The translations under genes were made by a program, and so were the position numbers. From Podarcis gaigeae (lineage: Eukaryota): a DNA stretch of 64,000 nucleotides. The stretch lies in the NCBI GenBank assembly GCA_964106915.2, contig OZ066921.1; one strand, 5' to 3'. The stretch's first letter is position 1. Every line of letters starts with the position of its first letter. Positions 1 to 11,342 of the stretch are shown here, piece after piece. The notes beneath the pieces are model-generated. The model was not told where the DNA came from, did no database searches, and worked only from the letters and a program-made list of their open reading frames with translations.

Positions 1-1889
1 GTGTATGAATTTACTGCTGATGAAGAGATCAGTGGCTCAGGCAGGGTTTTGTAACTTTTTCCTTAAGGGGATTCTTCAGTTTGAAATGTTCGTGTGTTTA
101 AGGACCATAGTTTGGTCTTACCTTCTAACCTAAAAGACACACCTCCTCCTTTCTACTCTGTGGCCTTAGCACCTGCAGCTACACTGCCACCTCCCTGATC
201 TATTAATGTGGCGACTCAGGATTGGGGAGTTCTTAGATCAAAGTGCATTGTAAAATTGTGGCAAAGGATGCCACTGCTGGGGCTGGGCAGTGAGCCAGGA
301 ACTGGGAGCTGTGGGTTGAAGCCAGTAGTCAGGACCAAAGAGTAAGCCCAGGACTAAAGGAGAAACCAGGAGGCAGAATTGAGAAACAAGCCAGAAATTG
401 GGACTGAAGAATGGTCAAAAGGATGCAAAATTACACTGCAGTTCAGGAAGACCTTAACTGGAACAGGCAAGCCTGTTGTGGGGTTTTCTGCCCTGAAGGA
501 TTCAAAATACCAGCCTGGGCAGATAGAGTCAGTGTGTAATTGAGTGGCTCACCATATGAGGCAACCATACACAGACCCAAAGGATCTGGCTTTGAAGTGT
601 GTTGGCCTTGGTTGCCACTGTAACAAATTTAAAGCAAGGATAGCCAGTCCCGGCCAGCAGGGCCCAGTGGTCATAGACAATAGTAGTTGTGGTCTACCAA
701 TATCTAGAGGGCACCACATTGGATTCCCCCAATTTCAAGTAGCACATTCTGCAACAGAATTAATAGCCAAATATTTCTGGAGATAAAGTGTGTCATGCAA
801 AAAATGTCAGGCCAGGATAATACAGCTAATAAATGCAGCATCTACATGAGCATTTTTTCCCCATTGGTTTGGGGAGCAGATTCAAGGGTTATTGTTAATA
901 GAGAGTCCAGGGGGACCTGGGTTCAAACACCCTGCTTGGTGGTACAGTATATGTGACTCCTGGTTGGCAGCTCAACTTACGTTACACCTCACTGAAGATA
1001 AAAGGGCAGCGGGGTGACATTGTTCCTTGGAGGAAGGGCAGATTAAAAACAGGGGCAAAATAACACAGGCCAAGAAAGGATGCATATATTTCAGGGGATT
1101 TGCCAACAAGCTAGCGAACATTCACTGATGATCAAGCTGTTTGCCACTAGAAGCGCCGTCCTAGGAAAGAAAGCAAATGAACCCACACCCGTGAATTATT
1201 TATTGCTGCAAATCCAAACAGCAGACTGCCGAAGAAGAAAAATACAGCTCAGTGGGCTGCAGGCAATGGGATGCAGCTGAGTGCTAATAAATGTAAATTC
1301 ATACACCTGGGGAAAGGAAATAAACAGCACAGATACAGATTGGTTCCAGGGAGTTATCTGGAAAGCAGCAAGTCTCAAACAACCTCAGAGCCATAGCAGA
1401 AAGCTAATTAAGTCTGAGCTTGCAGCATAGTTCCTCTTGTGAGGGTAGGAAGCACCGGATTGGTTAGACCTGGCGCCTGTTGTGTCAGCCTGTTTCTAGG
1501 GCTGAATGTCATTGCCAATCAGTAAAGGGGTGCAGTGCAGAAGAGGGAATGCAGTGCATTCTTCACTCTGCAGGCTGTCTTTTTGTGGTGCTTCCCCCCC
1601 ACAAAAAAACAGCACAATGTAGGCCATGCTGGGCAAGTAGAGGACCAGTGCCTGCCCCACCCCTGCCCCACTTGTCACATGGTTTGGCGCAATCTTCCAT
1701 GCTTAACCAACTGGTCAAAACTCTGCCCCCAAAAGAATCTGAATTCTGTGACTTAATTATTTAAATAGGTCTATACTTTCCTTCAATGTGATTCCAAAAA
1801 TAAAATCAACTTGTTAAAATACAGTAACTCAGAAAACAATGTGATATGACCAACCACAGTAAAACAATGAAGCATATTGCCACATACCT

Positions 1890-2500
1890 GGTCTTAAAAA
1901 CCGGAAGATGCCTGAGTGAAAAAGCAAGTCGTTAGCAGGTGTCAAAAGCGCATCAGAGTCTGCACCTTATTTCAGGGAGGAAATGATTCCATGAGCTTGG
2001 TTACCCAACAGAGAAGGCTTGTCACACCATGGTCCTAAACAAGATGAGGCACAACTAAGACTTCCTCATCTGAGAATCTCAGCATGGGAGATAACATACT
2101 TCAAGTGTCCAGGCCTATGTCAATAAAAACCCTTTAATATTGCTTGGTGATAAATTGGCAGCCAGTTCAATTCTTTCAACAATGGCATCCCATGGTCACA
2201 GCAGGCAGCTCTGCTCAGCAGTCTAGCTGCCAAATTCTGCAGTACCTGCAGCTTCTGAACCAGCTTTAAGGGCAGCCCCACATAGAACAGATTACAGTAA
2301 CCCAGTCTTGAGGTTACCAATGTTATGGGTTGCTGTGACCAGGCTATCTTTGTCCAGGAATGGCAAGAAATGATCACAGCTTGTACACCAGCCAATGCTA
2401 GTAAAAGGTGCTCCTAGCCACTAGTTAATTGTGCATCCTCAGGCTAAGCCTGAACTCAGACTGGATTGGATCCAGATAATCATTTTTCTCTAAGAGCACC
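1890..2500 (-). mobile_element. L2 LINE fragment (ORF2 C-terminal part)
   Basis: translation LVTSRLGYCNLFYVGLPLKLVQKLQVLQNLAARLL...MPLLKELNWLPI is typical of L2-clade ORF2; boundaries approximate. Confidence 0.85.
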
Positions 2501-3125
2501 CAAAACTGAAAAGCCAGCACCCGCCTTAAGCTTTAATTAGTCAAATTAAGCATGTGGGGTTCGATTTTCTCATTTGCCACCATCATTCCTCTTTTCCTTA
2601 TGGAGCAGGATAAGGAACTATGTGGGCTAGCATCAATGCCTGCTCTGGCTCTGGAAATGGCACAAGGTTACATCAGTCTTTGCCAACCTGGAGCCCTTCA
2701 GATGTTCTGGACAACAGCTGCCATAAGCTGCAGCTAGCACAGCAAAGCTGGCTTGGACTGATGGTACTTGTAGCCAAGAAAATCTGAAGAGTATCAGGTG
2801 AAGGGTATATTACGTTTTCCACATATTTTTGAGCCATGGAAACTACTATTGATAAGTGCTGTGCAGGGTTCAGCAGAGGAAATGGTCCAGCAAGGGGCTT
2901 TGGGAGGTTACAGGTGATGGACCAGGAAGCCCCCAAAGACAAATTATCTGAATTAGTTAGCTGTGAGCCATTCATTGTCTACTTCTTAACCATGGGTTAT
3001 TACATCTGTCAGCTTCTTTGTTACAGTGCATTTTTTGTGCAGTGCTGATAGGGTGATTGGTCTTCTCTTATGCATCCCTGACTGTTTTTTTTTCTTTTTC
3101 TTTTCTTTTTCTTACTCTTTTCTAG

Positions 3126-3269
3126 GCACCTTGGCCACAGACCTGAGTTCCATCCCTTGAGGCATGGATTTGATGAGTGGTTTGGATCCCCTAATTGCCA
3201 TTTTGGACCTTACGATAACAAGGCAGCGCCTAACATCCCTATTTACAGGGACTGGGAAATGATTGGCAG
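3126..3269 (+). CDS. GALNS: N-acetylgalactosamine-6-sulfatase, coding exon 5 (first exon in the window)
   Basis: tctag|G ... GGC AG|gtagcc; 144 nt; encodes (W)[47 protein letters not shown](R), matching vertebrate GALNS. Exon numbering follows the mammalian gene. Confidence 0.97.
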
Positions 3270-4164
3270 GTAGCCGCTTTTCTGTGTCACCTGTGCCTTG
3301 TTGCCTTTTGCTTTTCGTCTGCTTTTTCTGGCTCCTTTTAAGCTCCACTACAGAAGAGGGCCTAGGGCTCCATTCTGCTGCCCTTCCTTCCTTCCAGCAG
3401 AGCATAACGTGCTGGCGTTTGCCTTTTTCCCCCCTGTAAGAGGCCAGGGGGCTCTAGGCTTCTGGATCAAGGAGCTCTGCAGGGCTGCATTTTCCAGAAA
3501 TTCCACCACATGTCAACACTTACTGAGACACACCAGGCACCCGAGGTGAAGTGATGGAAACACCACCTGATACGCACACAGAGCGGGCTTGCAGTACCCC
3601 CTGAGGAGCTGCCATATGCAGTGAATTATGCATGAGAACTCCATTAACAATGACAAAGTTGCAGAGTTAATCACTCGGAAGTTAGGAAACACCAGCCCCC
3701 CAACTGGCTTACTCTTCTGCTGTAGCTTTGGCTGAAATCCACCAGCCAATGTTACTCCTGAGAAAATCATTAATGCAGTTTTCCCCAGCCTTGTACCCTC
3801 CAGATACTTTGAACAACAGCTTCCACATGTTGTTGGGTTCCTAACTCCTACCACCCCTGACCATTGGCTGTTCTGGCTATGATGGGAGCTGTACTCCTAT
3901 ATATCTGGAGGGCCCAGTGTTGGAGAAGGCTGGATTAAACTATATAAGATAAACAGCCGAAAAAGCAATCCTCAGCGAAACAGAGCAGAGCTATTTGAGA
4001 TTGTATTCATGGTTTGCGTACATGGAGTAACGTTTCCTATTACATAGTGACTCGCTGCCATCTTCCCAGGGGACTGATGGGGAGCAAAGCACTTATTCCC
4101 CCACTGCCATATCCTGTAAAACATCTGGAACATTTTTTCTGTTTTTTTGTTTAAAACTTTCTAG

Positions 4165-4231
4165 GTATTACGAAGATGTAAAAATTGACCATAAGACGGG
4201 GGAAGCCAACCTAACTCAAATGTACTTACAG
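4165..4231 (+). CDS. GALNS: GALNS exon 6
   Basis: ctag|G TAT TAC ... TTA CAG|gtactc; 67 nt; YYEDVKIDHKTGEANLTQMYLQ with NLT sequon. Confidence 0.96.
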
Positions 4232-4347
4232 GTACTCTGTATTCTGATAAAACGTTCTTTAAAACCCACATGCACTTTCTGCTTGCTTGCTTATACATAT
4301 GTAGCATGGGTGGCCATATTTAAGGTTGATTCTCTTGTCATTTCCAG

Positions 4348-4475
4348 GAAGCCCTTGATTTCATTAGCACACAGCATGCCAGCCAACAGCCGTTCTTTCT
4401 GTATTGGGCAATCGATGCTACTCACGCGCCTGTGTATGCCTCCAGGGAGTTCTTGGGTACTAGCCAACGAGGACT
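4348..4475 (+). CDS. GALNS: GALNS exon 7
   Basis: tttccag|GAA ... GGA CT|gtaagt; 128 nt; [42 protein letters not shown](L). Confidence 0.97.
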
Positions 4476-4984
4476 GTAAGTCGCTTTTTGAGCTGAAGTA
4501 TCATTTCCTCTTCCCTTTTTTTGGCACTAGAAAAAAAGCACTAGAAGAAAACCACGAACAGTGGTGGTTGACAATAGAGAGCACAACTTACAAGTTTAAA
4601 AGTACGTTTGTTATGAGCATTAAAGAGCAGCAGGTGCTTTGAGAGTGTTTATCCTCGGTTGAAGACTCTCTTGCAATCTGAAATAAAAGTCTTGCATCCA
4701 AAGCAAATAGGGTTGACAACTATTGATTGAGATCAAAGATTCTGGTACCTGGGTACAGTCTGGAGGCAAGACCAAAGCTGATCTGAGGGTTATCTAGCCA
4801 GGGAGCCAAGCATAAAAGCTGTCATATCAAAGGTGTACAGCCCAAAAAAACCTGGAGGGAAGTGTTAGACTCTCATTTTCTGACAACTGACCCCAAAGCA
4901 AAACCAAAAATAAACGTTTAAAATGGCCACATTTTATGTTTTTGTTTTTTTAAACAGTAGATTGGTAACTTTGCTTTCTGAATA

Positions 4985-5152
4985 CCATATTTATTCAAAT
5001 CTAATGCTCACCTTTTTTGGCCAAATTACATTGCGAAAATTAAGGTGCGCATTAGATTCTATGGCACATTTACATTTGCCAGCAAATAGGGTTTTTTTGT
5101 TTTGTTTCAAGGTTCTGAAAATTGATGATTCATTAGACTCGAGTAAATAGGG
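4985..5152. mobile_element. Tc1/mariner (pogo/Tigger-like) MITE
   Basis: imperfect TIRs CCATATTTATTCAAATCTAATG / CATTAGACTCGAGTAAATAGGG, TA on the left flank. Confidence 0.65.
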
Positions 5153-6766
5153 TGTTTTTAGTGGATGGTGTCTTCCCTCCTCTCTCCAATTTTGTTTATA
5201 GAGGTTAATTTGAGCCAGGAATCACCAGGGCTTAGTCAAGGACACGTGTCCAGCATCAGAGATTAAGAAATCTGGAAGTCTTCCCCCATCCTTTGCACTA
5301 AGGTTTCCTTTTCAACTTTCAAGTACTCTGTGTGTGTGCTTGTCCACACACACGCTTCCTCTGTGGTTCCTCTTCTCCTCACCATCCATTCCAGTTTTGC
5401 TTTGAGGACATTCTGTGCTGAGTGAAGATGACCAGCTGAAATGGAATGGGGCTTTCAAAAGGCCCCCAAATCAGAAAGAAGGGAGCCAGCTTTGTGGTGA
5501 TCAGCAGCTTCCCTTGTGAGATTGGGTGGGTCTTGCTGTTGGATTTTTAGCTTCTCTGGGAGCACATCTGAAAGTTCTCTTGGTGATACTGAGTGACCAC
5601 TTGAATATAACTAAGAGCTATATATAAAAACAATACCTAATAATTAATGTGTTAATTATGAACAAATAAAACTTTTAAAAACAGTTAAGAGCTTTGCTCT
5701 AACAACCAACATACCCCTCCCCAAACATAACTAAGATTTGTAAATTCCTGGTGGGTAGCCGTTTTGTTAAAGCAAAAACAAAGAGGTTTATGGTATCTTA
5801 AAATCGACCTGAATGACTCATGCATCTTGACAGCATGGACTCTGACCTATTCAAGCTTTTGCTAGAATAATAGTGCATATTACCTGGAATTCAATCCCAC
5901 TTCATTCAACAGAGCTTACTACAAGGTCAGGGTGAAAAAAAATCCAATCCTGTTCACACTTAACTGAGAGTAAGCCCGCTTGAACACAGTAAGACTCACT
6001 TCTGAGTAAACATGCATGTGCTTTTACATATTTAAGGTCCCAAAAAGACTCCATATTTGAAGAACTGGAAATAAACATTTGTTGCCCAAACAAATATGCA
6101 GAATAACTCATTTCCTTTTCCAATTATTTAAGACATTTTTATACTGCCCTTCATTAAGAAACGTTCCAGGGTGGCTTACAAACAATATAATCCAATATAA
6201 TGTGCTAACTTTTATAGTGACTACATAAAGTCAACACATTAAAACCATTGAATACTTAATATCTACAGTACCTAAAAGAAATACTAAAAGCTTGGTATTA
6301 AGACTTTTAAGAAGAAGGGCCCCGCTGGAATAGACCAAAAGCCCATCTAGTCCAGCATCTTGTTCTCGCAGTGTCCAGCCAGGTGCCCAAATGGGAATCC
6401 TGTAAGCAGGGATCTCATAAGCTGTTGTAAACAATTAGATGAGTAATAGCTGCCTAAAACCAATAAAGAGTGACATCTTCCTTATCAGTACCAGTATCCT
6501 CAGTCCTTAGCAGTCTGTTATAAAATTTATTTTGTAAATGAAACACTTTTTCTGAACCCTTGCTATTTTTGGAACTGGTTGATTTTAAAAGGGGGGTTGT
6601 TTTATAATGTGCTTATTATTTTGTTGTAAGCAGCTTTAAGAGCAGTGTGTTGGAAACTATTTACAGACAAATAAATATTACCGTTGCATATTACAGAATC
6701 TACAAGTCCTAAACACAAACACACACACACTTGACAGGCTTGTAATTTGCTCTCCCTGCCTCTCAG

Positions 6767-6906
6767 GTATGGTGATGCAGTGCGAGAAATTGACGACAGC
6801 ATTGGGAAAATTCTGAGTCGCCTTCAAAAGCTGGGCATAAGCAACAACACCTTCGTATTTTTCACATCTGACAACGGTGCTGCCCTTGTTTCCGGTCCTG
6901 ATCAAG
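6767..6906 (+). CDS. GALNS: GALNS exon 8
   Basis: tctcag|G TAT GGT ... CAA G|gttggt; 140 nt; [46 protein letters not shown] with sulfatase FTSDNG motif. Confidence 0.97.
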
Positions 6907-7646
6907 GTTGGTCTTCCTGGTACAGAGCTTGTCAAGTTAGGAATAGAGAATTTGAGACTTCCACATTTCACCTAGTTCGTTCCTAAGATTTAACTGGTCC
7001 ATTCCTAAGATCTAACAGGTAAAATGTGGCCTGCTGACATCTGAACCAACTTATTAAGCCCCAGATCTGTAAATTCTCCTTAGCATGTCTCAATAAATGC
7101 AGAGGATCTTACAAGCATGTCTACTGAACTCTGAAAAGCTGTTAAGATGACAATTCCCTTGCATTTACAGGTTTGCTCCATTTCACAACTTTTTGGTTTT
7201 TAGTTCCCTTGGGCACAGTCACTGTGAATTAATCACTTGCCCCCTGTAATTTGTTCACACATCCCATCCCCGCAGTCTCAGAGGCAACTCTGAGGTTGAT
7301 TTCAGGAGCATACAGATCAGAAGGAATTGCCACGAGTTCTAATCCCAGTCAGGTTATTGGCTCTTTTTATGACCTCCTGCAACTCCTGACTTTCAGCTGA
7401 GCAGCAATGGCCTCTGCTAACTGGCTGCTGATTTTGAACATTATGTCTGTTTGCAGTTGTGATCTTTAGTATAGAGAGAAAGGAAAATTTGTCTGCTACT
7501 AATCACCTTGTTTCTCCTTTATTCAAATTGCAATTAATGGTGATGCAAAGAGACTGAAGTAAACAATATATACTTCGGAAATTACTCTTGACATTGGTCA
7601 ACCAACCCACTGTATGGAAACTGGGGTCTCATTCTGTCTCTTTATA

Positions 7647-7832
7647 AAGGTAAAGGTAAAGGTACCCCTGCCCGTACGGGCCAGTCTTGACAGACTCTGG
7701 GGTTGTGCGCCCATCTCACTTAAGAGGCCAGGGGCCAGCGCTGTCCGGAGACACTTCCAGGTCACGTGGCCAGCGTGACATCGCTGCTCTGGCGAGCCAG
7801 AGCCACACACGGAAACGCCGTTTACCTTCCTG
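7647..7832 (-). mobile_element. Sauria SINE, 5'-truncated
   Basis: (ACCTTT)n tail on the minus strand; near-identical to the 3' half of the 34237 copy; 9-bp TSD ctctttata (7638-7646 / 7833-7841). Confidence 0.9.
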
Positions 7833-8326
7833 CTCTTTATAGCCTTCAGCAAATCACTGTTTCTCAGCCTCCTTCCCTACTCATAAAAATGTTAATAATA
7901 ATAATAACAATAATAATTAAGAGCCTAATCTTCTGGAACACTTAAGGGGATGAATGCGTTAAGGTTTGTATGGTAGTTTGTAGGCTAAAAACCATCTTTA
8001 ACTGAGACTTAAAGCTTGTTGTCTAAAAGCTACACAAATGCAATGTCAAGAAATAAACGAACATCAAGTATATGTTGTCATTATGATATTTCAGTGATGT
8101 CACACCAGTGTCACAGCTCAGTATGCTACTGCAAATGTCCACGATGGAAGGGTTAATATGCTATGTAGACTATGATGTTGATTGACATTGTTCAAAGGAC
8201 TTGAACAAAATTTGTTGGTGGTGTCCTTGGGGAATAGGTTTGTTTTACCCTTTAGTTTTGCTTATTTCACCTTTGAGTCATACCTCTCCAGAGCTCTTTT
8301 AGAATTACTGTTTTCTCTTTCTCTAG

Positions 8327-8430
8327 CTGGTAGCAATGGCCCTTTCCTATGTGGCAAGCAAACTACCTTTGAAGGTGGCATGAGAGAGCCAGCAATTGCC
8401 TGGTGGCCAGGACATGTACCTGCTGGGCAG
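8327..8430 (+). CDS. GALNS: GALNS exon 9
   Basis: ctctag|CT GGT AGC ... GGG CAG|gtgaga; 104 nt; [34 protein letters not shown]. Confidence 0.97.
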
Positions 8431-11204
8431 GTGAGAGTCTGGAGTTATTTAATGACTTTGTTACAGTCTGTTCTGAAGGTGTCTCTTTGTTTTTAATTAA
8501 TTCTAGTGGGTTTTTAGTCAGAGAGACCTGTTCTCATCTTGCAGAAGAGCCTTCCAGGCACGGCAGTAAGATCTGTTGTTGCAGCACTATGGAGTGAGCA
8601 GTTTTCTCCCACAAGGCTAGAGGTAGACGGAGGCCTTTTGAGCTCTTGCCTCCAGTCTTGCTCTCCCTGGTTGCACCCCCTTTGTGAGAACTGCAATCCT
8701 CTGGCCTGTAGATGGGCATTCTCCTGCAGTGTGTGGCCTCCTGCTTTGTGTGCTTCTTGCACCCTTTTGAATCCATGGAGGGTCGCTGCCAGGCAGTGCA
8801 GACAACACTGAGCCAGATGAACCAATGGTCTGAGTCAATATAAGGCAGTTTTGTATGTTCCTAGGCAGCTAGAATAATCATCAGGGTAACTCAGTTGATC
8901 TTCCACCACCCTTATAGTTAGAATGACCTTTCTCCAATCCTGCCTAGACATTTTTAGTGGCAGTTCAGACTGTTTCAGTATGTTTTCCCCCTTGTATCTC
9001 TAGAAGGTTAGAACAAACAACTTCAGTTCTTCCTAACAGATTGTAGGAAGGCAAAGCAAAATGTTGGAACACCAATCATGATAATCTGCTGTTGGAGCAA
9101 AGTTACCTAATTTTATATTTAGCCTTCTGTAAAGCAAATAACAATACAGTAGTAATATTTAACATTAGTCAGGAGTTCAAAGCACTTCACATGCATTACT
9201 TCAGATGCATAATCCTTATAGTAACCCTACATAGGAAGTCTCTTTTATTATCCCCCATATTGGAGGGGTAAGGGGTGGGGAGACTGGGAGGACTAAAGCT
9301 GTACGGCAGTGGCTTACCTATGGCACTATGAACTGCCTTTGTAAAGTACAGTTGCTGGTACCCACCCAGACCATTGCCATGAGAGCTATGCACCTAAGCA
9401 TCCCTAATTGTCTTCCAGATTGCTGGCTTGCTTCCATAGGGCCAACACTGTTACCTGTAACAAGTGCAGGCACAATATTCAGGGCACATGTTTAAAGTGG
9501 CCTAGCTTGACTTAGCTTTAATTGTGAGCCCTTTGGAACAGAATCCTTCTGTATCTGCACAGTGATGGGTTTATAACTGATCTGCTAATTTAGTATATCT
9601 CGTGTTAGGGAAGCAGCCCTCACATGTTGTCCTAAAGCATCCAAGAAATAGGCAAAAGTGGGTTGGGATTTTTAGGTGACTGTTGCACTGAGGGAGGTCT
9701 GTGTACTAGGATGTGGCTGTTTCTCTGCTTAAATGTGAAGTGATTCTGAGCTCTACGGTAACCAGCAGGTAGCTCTCCTCAGGTGGCAACAATGGTGTGT
9801 GCAAGAAACCATCTTGGTACTCATTAATGATCAAACAATCAAAGCCTGCAGGAAACAGGTTTCTAAGTAAATAATGGGTGTTTTCTTTCTTTTGTGGATA
9901 TCTTCATTCCAAAGAGAGAGAGCTATTCAGAAACTGGACTTTTATGAATCCTTTGTGCTCTTGGACGAAGAAAACTTTTAGTTTCTAATCTACATCTCCT
10001 TTCAAGGCTTTTTAATTAAATTGAGAAGAAGGCACTGTATGAATGATACATTGCCCCAGCTGGCACAAAACGCTAAACCACACACCATGGCTTAGTGGGT
10101 ATGAGCAATTGTGCATGTTCCCAGAGTGAAGATCTTGGCTGCTGCATTCCTCTCTTGGTCCTGTTGCTGCTGGGGCTAAATTATGGTATAGCTTAGTGTT
10201 ACGTCTGAATCCTGGCTTGTCCCCCTGACAAACCACAAGTGGTAAACCAATAGCAAACATTGGCCACACCTTGTGGTTCGGAGTGAGACAAACGATGAGC
10301 CCAGGTTCAACCATAACATGCTCTTCCCTGTGATCATCATGTTTGCTTGTTTGCATTAAGTCATGGTTTGGCTCCATGTTAACATGTGCACCATGTCATT
10401 GACTGAGTGGGAAGGATGCTTCCAGATATCTTAAACCCAGTGAATGAAGTGGAAAGATGATTGTAGGTTTGTCACTGTTAATGGGTATTGCACACAATAA
10501 TATGTCATCCTCTTTAAAATGTTGAACATAGCACTTTTGATCTCTATTCAGAGGTGTTTGTGTAGGTGAACTCTTTGCAAGCAAAGGTCAGTGGTCTCTG
10601 AATGTTGCACACAACATACTTTTGATCCTCAGCCAGCAGGCCCCGTCTGAGCCCCTCTACCATCCCTTGGTGCCTCCTACCCACCATCCTATAAGGACTC
10701 TCCTGGGCAGTTGGCTTCCTTTTTTGGGATTGCACACCTTTAGAGATAAAGCCTCTGTTCCATGTGCCAGCATGAGAATGTGGTGGCAGCTCTTATTTTA
10801 TAGAGAAATACAGCACAATAGATGTTAATGGCAGTTTCCTCCTTACTTTCAAGACCTCTTATGCTCTGAAGCCCCATAGTCTCCCTGCTGCAGGTGAGAA
10901 GTAAAGAGCTGCTTTCTGTTTCTACCTATCTGCTCTGGCATCATGTTCTGCTGATCTGCATGGTGCTTTCCCTGCTTTTCTAGTTCTTTCTTCATTCTTT
11001 CTCTTTTCAAGGTTTGTTGCCTGACCTCTTCTATCTGCTCCCCCTCCAAAAAAAGGATTTCAATGGGACATATTTACAGATTTTTGTTGCATATCTGCAT
11101 TGCTTAATTCACTCCTTACTTTACTGTGTTGCCTAATTGAAGCTGAAGTAGCTCACAGCCTATCTTTATAATCAATGCCAGAAATATCTCTAGGACATCC
11201 GTTG

Positions 11205-11342
11205 ATAACACCTCATGCATCATGAAGTGGACTGCAGCCCATGAAAGCTTAATGCCAGAAAAGAATTGTTAGATGTTTCAGGTGTTACAAGACCCTTTGT
11301 TGTTTTTGCTGCAGGAGACTAAGGCAGCTACTCCTCTGGAAA
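11205..11342 (+). mobile_element. degenerate Penelope-like pseudo-LTR
   Basis: gcatcatgaagtggactgcagcccatgaaagcttaatgc...aggtgttacaagac...gactaaggcagctactcctctggaa; hammerhead core damaged (no CUGA). Confidence 0.65.

Noticed and set aside
250-480. Purine-rich segment with loose ccaggac repeats, possibly a decayed LTR
   Set aside because: No TG...CA ends, TSD or internal domain identifiable
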